A stretch of 64,000 bases of DNA, from positions 1-64,000 of the forward strand of contig JBCCQY010000006.1 of assembly GCA_039208735.1 (NCBI GenBank), written 5' to 3'. This document shows positions 40,937 to 51,275 of the stretch, piece by piece (the first letter of the stretch is position 1; every line of letters begins with the position of its first letter). A model generated the notes under the pieces. That model had not been told where the DNA came from and did not search any database. It was given only the letters and a program-made list of their open reading frames with translations. This stretch comes from Myxococcota bacterium. Its GTDB lineage: Bacteria; Myxococcota_A; UBA796; GCA-2862545. The position numbers were made by a program, and so were the translations under genes.

Positions 40937-42346
40937 ATGCGCCTGCCCGCGTTCACGTTTGCCCTCGCAATGTTCGGCTGTGCGGGGAATTCTTCCAACA
41001 GCGCTTCGTCGGGCGATACCGATTCACCGGATCTCGTGCCTCCGATGCCCCCTACCGGTGAGACAGGGACGCCGGCAAAGCCAGCCCTCCCTTCGGCAAC
41101 GGTTCATGTAATGCCTGCGATCGATGGCTCCTTCATCACGGATAGCGTGATCGTCCTTTCGAACGCGGACGGGACGTATCTGCGCACGGTTGAACTTTCC
41201 GAGGCCACGTCCGTCGTGATCGAAGATGTTCCGGTTGGGGGGTCGGTGACGTGGGCGTACTTCGGGCCCACCGCGCTCTACTTCGAAACGATGGCGGAGG
41301 TGCAGGCGAACGACGAACTCTGGTTCCGCGGGCCGGTGGGGTTTCCGCCATCGGAGGTTCTTGGGTCTTTGCGGATTCAGATGCCGGTGGGCCCAGGCGT
41401 CGCCTATGACCGAATCGGACTGGTCGCACCCTGCTCTTTTCAAAACAACCCGACCCTGCCCCTCGACCAGACCCTCGAAGTGGAGGACCGGTGTGCTTCG
41501 AGCGACCTCACGCAACCTCTCGACACCGTCGCGTATGCGACGCAGTCGGACGTCACGGTCGCGATTGCGTACGCAACGGATCTCCAGTGGGCGGGCACGG
41601 CACCAACGGCCACCCTCGAAACCGCCATGATCGACAACTGGCGGACCGACTTTGGGCAGGTACGGATGCGGTACGCCCATTCAGGCGATGATTTAGCCGT
41701 TGTTCTTCGCGCTAGCGCCTTTCGACGGGGGCGGGTCACGACGCCAGGCGAGTTGGGTGCATTCGTCCCGAGTGACGGTGCCGTCCTCGAACTCGAGCCG
41801 GTGGTGTCGGACGACGATTACCATCGATACCAGATCTTTGAACTTGGTGGATTCGAATTGGACGAAGGCGAACAGGGGACCAGAGTCTGGATCTACTCCG
41901 ACGACATTCCAGGGCAAGGAGAGTTCCGAAATGCGGACTTTGACGTAAACGATCTTCCAATGCGTGGAGCGACGTTTGCCGCAGACTTCCCTTCGCGCAC
42001 GGCCACCGTGACGCTACCGAACGGCTGGTCGTGTGGTGGTCGGCCTGCCAATTTCCTTTCGAGTCGTTTCGCGGGATCGAAAGGGAAGCAGTTTTACAGC
42101 TGGGAATGGAAGGGGCCCTTTGCCGCCACCCATGGTCGACCCACGCTCTCCCCTGAACTCGAACAACGCCTGTCGGCCATTCCGCAGGACACGGCTACGG
42201 TGTTTGTCCATTCCCTCGAGGGTGGGTACGGGCGCCTTCACACCTCTCCCATGATCTGGGAATTGCCCGAGGCGTGGCTCGTCGACAACCCTTCGGGAAG
42301 CCGCGTGTGCCAGCTTGACCGAAGCACGGCGCGCGTTTCCCTCTAA
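40937..42346 (+). CDS. Lipoprotein of unknown function (paralogue of 6635..8041)
   Basis: MFGC lipobox; IVLSNADG...VPVGGSVTW. Confidence 0.75.
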   Translation: MRLPAFTFALAMFGCAGNSSNSASSGDTDSPDLVPPMPPTGETGTPAKPALPSATVHVMPAIDGSFITDSVIVLSNADGTYLRTVELSEATSVVIEDVPVGGSVTWAYFGPTALYFETMAEVQANDELWFRGPVGFPPSEVLGSLRIQMPVGPGVAYDRIGLVAPCSFQNNPTLPLDQTLEVEDRCASSDLTQPLDTVAYATQSDVTVAIAYATDLQWAGTAPTATLETAMIDNWRTDFGQVRMRYAHSGDDLAVVLRASAFRRGRVTTPGELGAFVPSDGAVLELEPVVSDDDYHRYQIFELGGFELDEGEQGTRVWIYSDDIPGQGEFRNADFDVNDLPMRGATFAADFPSRTATVTLPNGWSCGGRPANFLSSRFAGSKGKQFYSWEWKGPFAATHGRPTLSPELEQRLSAIPQDTATVFVHSLEGGYGRLHTSPMIWELPEAWLVDNPSGSRVCQLDRSTARVSL

Positions 42347-42548
42347 CCGTCTGTCGATGGTTGACAAGGCCTTGCGGGATTCGCCGTAAGTCGCCGTGAG
42401 GGAACCGCGGTGGCCGCCGGACTGCGGCAGCGTGTCCCTCGCGGTGGCTTCCAACGCGAACGTGTGCGAACCTAGGCCCCATTGGGGGGCGGGGATGGCC
42501 AGTGGATTGTCGGGGGACACGGACCCTGTTCATCAGGCACGAGGTCGC

Positions 42549-43751
42549 GTGAGCTACGATGAAACAACGGAACCGGGGAATTCAGGCGGCCCGTGGGATC
42601 CCGACGAGAATACCGAGCCGTCGCTCCGACCACGTCAGGATCGTCTCCGGCGTAGCCGTTTGAAAACGGCATTGCTCATTGGCATTCCGCTGCTGGCAGG
42701 GGCCCTGGTGGGTACCGTAGGGGGATGGACCCTCAAGCCGGACGTGATTCGAGAGGTCGTCGTTCCTGGCAAGCCGGCTCCCCCGCCCCCGGGCCTCCAA
42801 GAGGAACTCGAGGAGGCCAACGCAAGGGTCGACGTCCTGGAAGAAGAGGTTGAGGAACGGGCCGTTCGGGTTCAGGAACTCGAAGCGCAACTCGCGCAAC
42901 CCAACGACAAGGTCCAGGAACTCGAAGCTGCGTTGAAGGTCGCCAAGGTGGACCTTCACCGGGCCAGGAAGGAGCTTGATGGGGCCGTGCAGGAACTCGA
43001 GGAGGCCGAAGGCCGGCTCACAGCTGCAGAGCAGGCGAATGTCGAGGTTACCGCCGAACTGGTGAAGGCTCAGGGAGAATTGTCGGACGTCAAGGGAGCG
43101 CTTTCCGATCAGCGAACGGAGAAGCGGCGTATCGCAGACGAACTCGCCCGCAGTCAATGGCGCCAGTTCGTGGTGGCCTCCCAACTTCGCATCTGCGACC
43201 GGGGTTCGAAAATCCAGGTTCAGGAGTGTCGAACGGCCGTCGAAGCTGCGCTGAGGACCACCTCTCGACGGAACCGGTTCCTCGGTTGTCTGCAGAACCG
43301 AGAAGAGCGTACGAATGTGCAGCCCATCGGTCCGGATGGTGTCGTGCCGGACTTTGCCGAGGTTGTTGACCCGAACGACAAGCGACTGAACGGCTGGTTC
43401 ATCGCGTTTTGCGACCGCACGCTCCCGAATCCCTCGTTTGATCCTGGACCTGACGACGCACCTCCCGAGGGGGAAGCCTCGAGAGATTCGGTTCTGCTTT
43501 CATCTCAGGGCCTGCAGGCCGTCCGAATCGCGACCTCTCCCCCAGGGGCCACCATCATCGTCGATGGCACAGAACGTGGGAAGACCCCAGTCAAGCTGAT
43601 GCTAAGCCCCGAGTCCCACCGCATCGCGCTTAAGCTCGATGGAGCGTCGGCGCGATTCACCTTGTTTCCAAGAGAAGAACAGGCGCTCTGCTTCACCAAA
43701 GTCGACGATCGACTTACGAAGTCTGGCTGTGACTCAACGCCTCGTCGTTGA
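42549..43751 (+). CDS. Membrane-anchored coiled-coil protein with C-terminal PEGA domain
   Basis: Single TM; long heptad region; TSPPGATIIVDG..RGKTP PEGA motif. Confidence 0.8.
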   Translation: MSYDETTEPGNSGGPWDPDENTEPSLRPRQDRLRRSRLKTALLIGIPLLAGALVGTVGGWTLKPDVIREVVVPGKPAPPPPGLQEELEEANARVDVLEEEVEERAVRVQELEAQLAQPNDKVQELEAALKVAKVDLHRARKELDGAVQELEEAEGRLTAAEQANVEVTAELVKAQGELSDVKGALSDQRTEKRRIADELARSQWRQFVVASQLRICDRGSKIQVQECRTAVEAALRTTSRRNRFLGCLQNREERTNVQPIGPDGVVPDFAEVVDPNDKRLNGWFIAFCDRTLPNPSFDPGPDDAPPEGEASRDSVLLSSQGLQAVRIATSPPGATIIVDGTERGKTPVKLMLSPESHRIALKLDGASARFTLFPREEQALCFTKVDDRLTKSGCDSTPRR

Positions 43752-43800
43752 TGGATACGCGTTTCGAGCCTTGTCCTGGTAGATTGACGAATTTGGAGGG

Positions 43801-44418
43801 TCAGTCCTTTTCGGACCGCAGCCGCCGGACCAAACGGATGGGTACGGTCCGCTCCGAACCATCTTCCATGACGAGAATGCAGGTTTGTTTCTTGGACGGC
43901 ATCTCGGTTTCGAACCAAAACAGGCCGTTCCGGATGCCGCATTCGCCGCGAAACATGAGTCCCGGCACGTCCGGATGATCAGATTCGCGCAAGCGTTGCT
44001 TGCGGCGGTTCTGATTTTGCGAAAGCGAAGCTTGCTGCAGGTTAACGCGAAAGACTGCTTTGTAGATGTCGACGCGCTCGAGCAAGGCGACCCCGTCCCA
44101 GATGTTCTCGTCTGGGACGTAGGCGCGTACCGGCCGCATTCGAACCACGCCACCCTCCGGTCCGCACTCGATCGGAGGCGGCTTGTCGGGCCACTCAGGC
44201 TGACCCAACGTGAGGCACACGGTCATCCAGCCGTTTTCCACCGTACATTCGACGTCGAAGTCCGGCATTTGGGTGTGCGATTGGGTCGGCTCCGCGTCGA
44301 GCTGGAACACAAGACACACCCGATCGGGCTCGTTGGGGTACACGCGGGTGGCGGGAAAGGGCACGTCGAGTTCGGTCGTGGGAGGGCCCGCCAGAGCTGC
44401 GGCTGCCAATCCGATCAT
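43801..44418 (-). CDS. Secreted Cys-containing hypothetical protein
   Basis: MIGLAAAALAG signal; GAGG RBS; overlaps the upstream stop. Confidence 0.6.
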   Translation of the reverse strand: MIGLAAAALAGPPTTELDVPFPATRVYPNEPDRVCLVFQLDAEPTQSHTQMPDFDVECTVENGWMTVCLTLGQPEWPDKPPPIECGPEGGVVRMRPVRAYVPDENIWDGVALLERVDIYKAVFRVNLQQASLSQNQNRRKQRLRESDHPDVPGLMFRGECGIRNGLFWFETEMPSKKQTCILVMEDGSERTVPIRLVRRLRSEKD

Positions 44419-45476
44419 GGTGTGACCTCTGGGATGAGAAATGCCCAGGGAGGAACGTGTGATCGATCCGTATTGGGAAGGCTGACTTGTTCGGTTGAGC
44501 CGAGTTCGACGGACTCCCCGTCGGCCAACCGTCGGAGCTGTCCGGACCGAATCTGTCGAATGGACCCTGTCCCAAGGACGGTCCACCGTCGTTCGGCCAG
44601 AAGCTGCGTGTGCGCATCGAGGGTCGCTTCGGCCTGAAGATCCAGCCAGCCCATGTAGGTCGGCCGGGCGCGTTTGCCGTCTCCGATGCGAGGTAGGCGC
44701 GGGACGTCGAAGACCGCGGTGATCGACTTGCCCACGGTCTTGGCGCCTCGCCAGGTCGTTCGCCGATGTTCGAAACGCGTTCGCGGCGGGGTCAGAACGT
44801 GCTTCTTGATGCGGCTTGCCGTCCGGACGGCCCAGGTCGCGTTCTTGGACACGAGTTCGTGGACCGCAGGGTCGGGATAGAGGGTCGCCTTGCGGAGGTG
44901 GAGGTCAAGGAGTGGCTCATTTTGAGTTTGCCATTGAGCCCCTAAACGCCACCCATCTGGCGGCGCAGGCAAATGGAACCCGCTGAAGGCATCGCCGAGC
45001 AGGGTGGCTGAGAGTTCTGCAGGGCCGATCTGGGGATCGGCCAGGACGACCCACCCCGGAGCGGGGAATTCCACCAGAACGGGCGTCGATCGAAGCTGAG
45101 CCTGCACCTGTTGCAACGTCCGATCGATGCGAAGCCGGTCCGCTGGTCGTTGCCAATGGTCGTAGGTGGCGAGTCGAAGGGCGACGTCCTCCACCCGACA
45201 CCACGCCGCGCTGGGTCGTTCCGTGTCAGCCCTGCAGTCGACTACGGCTTCGATCTGCCACGCTGGTGTGACGAATTCACGTTGCTGATGTTGGATGACC
45301 AGCGGTGCATTGACCTCGACGGTCTCACTCGCCACCCACCATCGACCCTCGATCCAATCGGGACCTGAAGCGGAAGGAGGAGCCGCGAATCCAACGACGG
45401 AAAACATCCACCACATGACCAGCCCCAACGGGTTTCCTCTTGTCTTGTGTTGCAGGGGCTGCCGCTGTTCACTCAT
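44415..45476 (-). CDS. Hypothetical (probably secreted) protein; start may be 45416
   Basis: 353-aa ORF with MWWMFSVVGFAA signal-like segment. Confidence 0.6.
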   Translation of the reverse strand: MSEQRQPLQHKTRGNPLGLVMWWMFSVVGFAAPPSASGPDWIEGRWWVASETVEVNAPLVIQHQQREFVTPAWQIEAVVDCRADTERPSAAWCRVEDVALRLATYDHWQRPADRLRIDRTLQQVQAQLRSTPVLVEFPAPGWVVLADPQIGPAELSATLLGDAFSGFHLPAPPDGWRLGAQWQTQNEPLLDLHLRKATLYPDPAVHELVSKNATWAVRTASRIKKHVLTPPRTRFEHRRTTWRGAKTVGKSITAVFDVPRLPRIGDGKRARPTYMGWLDLQAEATLDAHTQLLAERRWTVLGTGSIRQIRSGQLRRLADGESVELGSTEQVSLPNTDRSHVPPWAFLIPEVTP

Positions 45477-45636
45477 TGCGCTTCCACCCGGCGGATGGGA
45501 TGATCAGCGGCAAGCGAAGCTTGCGCGAGTCTGATCACCGCTGGTCTTCGTCGCTACGCGCCTGCAAGCTGAAATGCGAAAGTGCCACAACGACAAGGCC
45601 ACTCAGGTTAGGCCCACGGCTCATCATGAGGTGTGG

Positions 45637-47820
45637 ATGATCTGGCGTTGGTTCGTGGCACTCGGAGGGCTTGTGGGATGTGACGACCCGGCACCTCCGA
45701 TTCTCGCCTTCGAGTCTGGTACGACGAGTGAACTTGGTCCGTTGCACCTCCGGGGCCCTTCTGAAGACCTTCTCGTCTTTGGCTTCGACGAGGAGTTGGG
45801 CTTCGAGGCGCTGATTGAGGAGCGACTGGAATCCACCGAGATTGCGGATGTGATCATCGATGACCAGGTTCTTGATGGGGAAACGGCCATTCGGCTTGGC
45901 GGGGAGGTCGGAACCCTGGCCATCGAGATCGATCGGCCTGAACTCGTAGGACGCCGGACTGAGTTTCGATTTTGGCAGCGGCCAGAAGGTACCCGGATCG
46001 AGGCCCAACTGCACTGGATCGTGGGCGACGTACCGGTCGAAGAGGATCTATGGGCTCCCTTCGTCCTTTCGGCGTTGCGGCAGCAAGGGCGGATCGTCAA
46101 TCTCGGTGTGATCGAGTTTCTGCCCACAGGGCGCCGGACCCCTCAAGGATGGGAGGAGTGGACCTCGGGGCCCGTCGACTTTGCATTTGGTGGGGTGGCC
46201 CATCTCACGCCGCTCCTCGTGTTTCGTGATGTTGCCATGGACCACGCTTCGCGGACTGGTGGCGTGATTCGGACCAGCCGGACCGCGGTGTTGGATGCGT
46301 TGCAAGTCGTCGACCTTGGCAAAGCCGCCGTCCCGGAGCGAACCTGCCGCCTCGCCGACGAGGCATCTCGCTGTGGCCGCAAAGGCGCCTGTGCGCTCGG
46401 TCGATGCGTAGATGCCGCCGCCCGCTTTGGGCGCTTTCCGAGCGATGAGGGGGTTCGTACCGACCTGTCCGAGCGTCGGGCCCGGGAGCTCGACCATTGG
46501 TCGGGGTCTCGCCAGCCTCGCGACGAGACCTTGGCCGAATCCGTTGAAGCCATTCGGGACTTGGGGGCGCCCCGGACGACCGCACGAACGTGGTGGCTCG
46601 AAATTGCCGCGGCGTTTCGTGACCTGCAAGACGGCCACAGCGTGCATGGTCGTTCTCTGGCCCCCTACGGGAGTGGCGGCCTTTGCCTCGACCTCGGCGA
46701 GGCGGATCTGCTCCGGCTCGAAGAGCCGCATCCCTTGGTGACCCACCACTTCGGCACGGCCCCCTGGGAGGGGGTCATCGCACTGGGTGACGTTCTCGTA
46801 GAAGTCGATGGCGAACCTGCCAACCGCTGGCTCGAAGACCACTCCACCCCTCTCGTGGGGAGCACTGGCCGGTCGGGCTTTCAGCAGGTTTCGGACGTGA
46901 CGCGGAGCATGTCGGCCGCGGTGGCTGCGGGATCGTTGTTGACCTTCGAGCGCTGTCCGAACGTGGCGCCTTGCGAGGATACGGCACGGCGCGTAGAGGT
47001 CGATCTTGCCGAGGTGGCCGCTGGAGTCTGGGAACCGGACGCCGAGATTCCGCCCCTCCTTGTGCCTCCCCCTCGTGCGTGTGACCACCGGCTGGATCCA
47101 GTCGTCGCCAACGATGAATCGCGGGCTCGGCAGACGTTCGACTTCGGCCGCAGACGTCGGGTTCCCGTCCTTCAGCTGAATGGCTTCGCCGACCCCTTCG
47201 TCGCTGACGTCGTCCTAGGTGCGGTGGAAGACGCTTTGGTGATCGATGCTCGCGCCGGGGCTGGAGGCAGCATCTTGGCCGAACTGTCCTTGGCGGGGCT
47301 CTTCACGTCGGAAGCCGACATGCTGGGCATCCGCTTTGACCCGTGGTTCGAGCGCCAACCGGACGAGGCCAAGTTGGCGGCATGCGTACGAGACGGTGAT
47401 TGGTGCTTTGGAAGTGATTATTTCGGGTTCGAGATTAGTGTCTCCGAGCTTGCTGTCCTTCGCGACATCGATGTCGTGTTGCTGAACCACCGTGCGGTCT
47501 CCGCCAACGATCTGCTTTCGTTGCACCTTCAGGAGCGATGCACCGGTGACCCTGCGACCTGCGGAACCACCACCTTGATTGGGGGCGCGGACAGTGCCGG
47601 CGGCTTCTCGCCTCCTCTGACCGGACCGGGCTACCTCGGCAGCGACCGCGGTGCGGGGTTGACGCCCTATGACACGAAGCTGATCTACAGCGAGGAATTG
47701 GCGAGCGACTATCTGGTTGGAACGCCCGTCATGATGGACGAATATGTCCTGCAGACCCAGAGTGACGCCATGAACGGCGTGGACACCCAGCTCGAAGCTG
47801 CCCTGGAGGCCATCCCATGA
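45637..47820 (+). CDS. Lipoprotein with S41 peptidase-like C-terminal domain
   Basis: LVGC lipobox; LQDGH; GDVLVEVDG PDZ-like; VIDARAGAGG; VVLLNHRAVSAND; DTQLEAAL. Confidence 0.75.
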   Translation: MIWRWFVALGGLVGCDDPAPPILAFESGTTSELGPLHLRGPSEDLLVFGFDEELGFEALIEERLESTEIADVIIDDQVLDGETAIRLGGEVGTLAIEIDRPELVGRRTEFRFWQRPEGTRIEAQLHWIVGDVPVEEDLWAPFVLSALRQQGRIVNLGVIEFLPTGRRTPQGWEEWTSGPVDFAFGGVAHLTPLLVFRDVAMDHASRTGGVIRTSRTAVLDALQVVDLGKAAVPERTCRLADEASRCGRKGACALGRCVDAAARFGRFPSDEGVRTDLSERRARELDHWSGSRQPRDETLAESVEAIRDLGAPRTTARTWWLEIAAAFRDLQDGHSVHGRSLAPYGSGGLCLDLGEADLLRLEEPHPLVTHHFGTAPWEGVIALGDVLVEVDGEPANRWLEDHSTPLVGSTGRSGFQQVSDVTRSMSAAVAAGSLLTFERCPNVAPCEDTARRVEVDLAEVAAGVWEPDAEIPPLLVPPPRACDHRLDPVVANDESRARQTFDFGRRRRVPVLQLNGFADPFVADVVLGAVEDALVIDARAGAGGSILAELSLAGLFTSEADMLGIRFDPWFERQPDEAKLAACVRDGDWCFGSDYFGFEISVSELAVLRDIDVVLLNHRAVSANDLLSLHLQERCTGDPATCGTTTLIGGADSAGGFSPPLTGPGYLGSDRGAGLTPYDTKLIYSEELASDYLVGTPVMMDEYVLQTQSDAMNGVDTQLEAALEAIP

Positions 47821-48473
47821 GCCGTCTACCCTGGATCCTGGCTCTGCTGATTGCGTGTGGCCGCGACCCTCATACCGATTTTGTTACCCCGCAAGGCGCA
47901 CTCGATTTGGGCACGGGGTTGGAAACCGAGGGGCCCATCGATAATCTGGTACTAAACCCAAATTTCACGTTGCCGATTTTCGTTAATGGGGTCGGCGTAA
48001 CCTCCTTTACCTGGGACATCGTCCACGACGTCGACACCCCAAACGGTCAGCCTGCGATCGACGCCAGTAGTTCGACGACCCTGTTGTTCCGTATGGTGAG
48101 AAGCCCCATGCAGGCCGAGGTGTGGATCTCGGGCACGGTCGCGAAGCCTACGCTTGAACAGGGCGTGGTTCTCTTCACCGATATCGAGACGCTCGAAGAT
48201 CAGGAAGTCGAGCTTCTTCCTTCGGAAGAGCGCATTATCCGGGGTCGACGGTGGACTCGTTATTCCGCTGGCCTTCCGCCTGGAGACGGGCATGGCATGA
48301 TCGTGATTCCGGGCATCGAAGGAGAGGACCCCCGAATTTGTGCCCCTGTTGTGCGAGTGACCGACGGAGAGGACGGTTTGACGGGCGCGCGCGTGTTGCC
48401 GAGTCGGCCCGCGGCTCCCCGGTGGCGCTCGCTGTACCGCAGCCATCGACCGACCGAGTTGGGGCTTGAGTGA
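47817..48473 (+). CDS. Lipoprotein coupled to the S41-like gene
   Basis: LIAC lipobox; ATGA overlap; NLVLNPNF. Confidence 0.7.
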   Translation: MSRLPWILALLIACGRDPHTDFVTPQGALDLGTGLETEGPIDNLVLNPNFTLPIFVNGVGVTSFTWDIVHDVDTPNGQPAIDASSSTTLLFRMVRSPMQAEVWISGTVAKPTLEQGVVLFTDIETLEDQEVELLPSEERIIRGRRWTRYSAGLPPGDGHGMIVIPGIEGEDPRICAPVVRVTDGEDGLTGARVLPSRPAAPRWRSLYRSHRPTELGLE

Positions 48474-49001
48474 GCAGGCCAATCAAGGGACCCATCGCAA
48501 TCCGCTTTGCGCCTCCGCAGAACGTGGGCCAGCCGCACTTTGTCGATGGGGGCACCATTCGGTTCTTGGGACCCAGCACGGTTGAGGTCACGGGGCGTGT
48601 GGATGGAAGGCGGGGCTTCCTTCGACGCCAGCGGCTTCTCCTCGCCCTTCTGGTGCCACCTCCGTTGCTGCTCGTCGGGGGCGTTGACCGTGCTGTTGGT
48701 TCAGTACGGTGACGTTGACGATTTCCTGTATGTCGGGCCGATCCTCGTGTCGGGCGCGTTCGCAGGTGCGGCTTGGATCCTCCGAATGCGGCCGCCGGTG
48801 TGCCGAATTCGCTTCGACGACATTGGGCCGTTGCACGTGGTGGACCTGTACGCATCGGGCGGCGGCGCAATGTCGGGCGGTATCCCTACCGATTACCCGC
48901 TTCTGGTTTCGTTTGCGCCGGCGCGTGCGTCGGCCGATGATCCACCTCACGTTAGGTTCGAGGTGGATCGGGCGGCGTTTCGGGGCGTGCCACGAAGCTA
49001 G
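48470..49001 (+). pseudogene. Two-TM membrane protein split by a frameshift at a G5 run
   Basis: GTGA overlap start; the first frame ...LLLVG joins the second frame ALTVLLVQYG if one G of 48677-48681 is removed. Confidence 0.6.
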
Positions 49002-50716
49002 GGGTGCAGGTACCGGAGCAGCAATCCGTCGTCCAGAGCAGCAACGTTGCAGCTATACTCGAGGGCAAATGGACCCAGGGCTTGGCCCTGAAGTCCGGCG
49101 GTGGCATTTCCGCCGTTCGAGAAGATCCCCCCGGCGTTGCCATCGACGTAGCAAACTTCGAGGTCGCCCGATTCTCGAACCACGGCTCTCACGTCGATGG
49201 TCGAGCCGTCGGCATGGGGAACGCGCCACTGCACAGCGAATTGTCGTTCGGGTGCCAATCCGGTGGACCGAACCCATACATCGCCTCTCGACGGTTCCAA
49301 CTCATCCCACCAGGCAAACAACGTACGGCGCGGTAGCGCCCCCGGGAGGCAGACGTTTCCTGCCGCAAGCGGACCGTTGTTCTCGAACGAGAGCGCCCCC
49401 CTACTTTCGACGAACACCGATGAAACGCGCTTGCCATACACGTCGACTTCGAAGCCGAGCGGTACCTCCACATTCCCGCCCGTGGGAAGATCGAGGCGGT
49501 CATTGGCCGTCAGGTTGGGGCACGGCAGGTTGGCCGGCCTCTCTTCGCACAGCGTGTACCCAAATCCGTCTCGCCCAAGGACGGTGCAGCCTTCCTGATC
49601 GTGACTGGCCGCGATGCAGTTCGGATCGTTTGGAAAGTCGGCCTGCCCATCGCCATCGTTGTCGACTCCATCTGCACAGCCCGGAGGCACGAACGGGTCG
49701 TCTTCGGTGGTATCGTCCGGGGTGGCGCACCCGGGCTCCCTCGGCCAGTCGGTGAGGCCATCGCCGTCGTTGTCGAGCCCATCCGAGCAGGCTTGATGCG
49801 CAGCTCCGCATTGCTCGACGAATTCAACGGTCAAGAGTTGGGTGACCGCATCGGTCCAAATCGTTCGACTCGTGGTGTCGTACATCCATGCATCGACTTC
49901 GATTCCGTCGTCTCGAACGTCCATCGTCGAAATCGCGGGGATGCCGTCGATCGGGAACTGGTTCGTATTGCCAGGAGGAAACACTTCAATGGACAAGGGG
50001 CCAATGCACGCGTCACAGCCATCAGGGACGCCATCGAAGTCGCTGTCCACGCTATCATCGGAGTCTGGGCACCGATCGCATGTATCAACGATGCCGTCCT
50101 CATCAGTGTCTGGACCGTTCACAAGCACACAGACGTCACAGGCATCGGGAACTCGGTCCGCGTCGATGTCTGGACCCAGGGTCATGCAAGAATCACAGGC
50201 GTCGGGCACCCCATCGCCATCGGCATCCTGGGCGTCGTCTCCCCCTAGACAGGCATCACACCCATCCGGAATCCCGTCCGCATCCAGATCGTCGAAGGGA
50301 GGTTGTCCGCACACCCCCGTGGCTGTCAGCCGAACGTCGAGTTCCTCCTCTGCCTGGGTGATTCGAAGCCGAGCCTCAGCGCTTGCATAGTCGAGCGCAT
50401 CGATGTCGAGTTCCACGACTGCGCTGTCGCCAACGCCAAGCGTCAAGGGTTGGCGGGGACTCAAGATGCGGAACGTGACCGCATCGCCCAAGGGCTCGAC
50501 GGTGGGGGCATCCAGCTGAATGGACGCTTCGCACCGATTGAAGACCGTGACGGAACCTTCCTCCGCCACGCCCACGACGACTTCTCCAAAGTCGAGCGCG
50601 ACCTGGGGGGTCTCGAGGCAGTCGCTGAGGTCGACCTCAGTACCCGGCGGTGGCTCGGGCTCTTGGGACCGGCAAGCGATGAGCCCCAAGACGAGGCATC
50701 CCCAAATACGAAGCAT
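48998..50716 (-). CDS. Ig-like (choice-of-anchor-D/ASPM-like) + TSP3 + Cys-Asp repeat + nidogen-like lipoprotein; paralogue of 34469..36937
   Basis: LIAC lipobox; LDFGEVVVG...VTVFN; five TSP3 repeats; shared C-terminal domain ending LRYLHP. Confidence 0.85.
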   Translation of the reverse strand: MLRIWGCLVLGLIACRSQEPEPPPGTEVDLSDCLETPQVALDFGEVVVGVAEEGSVTVFNRCEASIQLDAPTVEPLGDAVTFRILSPRQPLTLGVGDSAVVELDIDALDYASAEARLRITQAEEELDVRLTATGVCGQPPFDDLDADGIPDGCDACLGGDDAQDADGDGVPDACDSCMTLGPDIDADRVPDACDVCVLVNGPDTDEDGIVDTCDRCPDSDDSVDSDFDGVPDGCDACIGPLSIEVFPPGNTNQFPIDGIPAISTMDVRDDGIEVDAWMYDTTSRTIWTDAVTQLLTVEFVEQCGAAHQACSDGLDNDGDGLTDWPREPGCATPDDTTEDDPFVPPGCADGVDNDGDGQADFPNDPNCIAASHDQEGCTVLGRDGFGYTLCEERPANLPCPNLTANDRLDLPTGGNVEVPLGFEVDVYGKRVSSVFVESRGALSFENNGPLAAGNVCLPGALPRRTLFAWWDELEPSRGDVWVRSTGLAPERQFAVQWRVPHADGSTIDVRAVVRESGDLEVCYVDGNAGGIFSNGGNATAGLQGQALGPFALEYSCNVAALDDGLLLRYLHP

Positions 50717-50798
50717 CACGTTCTCCCTGCGATTGACGAGAGAATACCTAAGGGGATTCCTCACGTCTACCGTCTCGAGGGCCTCCCCCCGGGCCGGA

Positions 50799-51275
50799 TC
50801 AGGAAGAGACGCGAAGGTCCTTTTTGTACAAAACCATCGCATCCCCGTCTTCGAAATAGTCGGGGATTCGAGCCACTTCGCGATACCCGCCTCCCTCGTA
50901 GAACCGACGCGTCCCATCGTACTGGGTGGTTCCTGACGTCTCGATCAGCAACAATCGTTGGTTTTCAGAGCGAAGCTGGTCTTCGACGTAGGTCAATAAG
51001 CCCCGACCTCGGCCTGTTCCGCGTACCGTCTGCGAGACGACGATCATGGTGAGGTACCACACGCGATCGGTGGCTTCGCGTGGTTCAAAGAAGGCGACGC
51101 CGACTACTTCACCCGCTTCGTCATCGACCACCCAGCGCGCAGGCGATTGGCCTGCATCGAACCACTGTTGGGCCGAACCTGCAAGAAAGTCGTGAGCTTC
51201 TTCAGGAAACATCTGGCTGTCGATGGCCAGCCGAACCATGGCCGGGATGTCGGTTGGCTCCATCTTGCGGATCAT
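50799..51275 (-). CDS. GNAT family N-acetyltransferase
   Basis: RGTGRGRGLL motif A; LLIETS; TRRFYEGGGY. Confidence 0.9.
   Translation of the reverse strand: MIRKMEPTDIPAMVRLAIDSQMFPEEAHDFLAGSAQQWFDAGQSPARWVVDDEAGEVVGVAFFEPREATDRVWYLTMIVVSQTVRGTGRGRGLLTYVEDQLRSENQRLLLIETSGTTQYDGTRRFYEGGGYREVARIPDYFEDGDAMVLYKKDLRVSS

Noticed and set aside
42347..42548. GC-rich intergenic stems as an ncRNA or riboswitch
   Set aside because: No recognisable family motif; pairing is expected at this GC content
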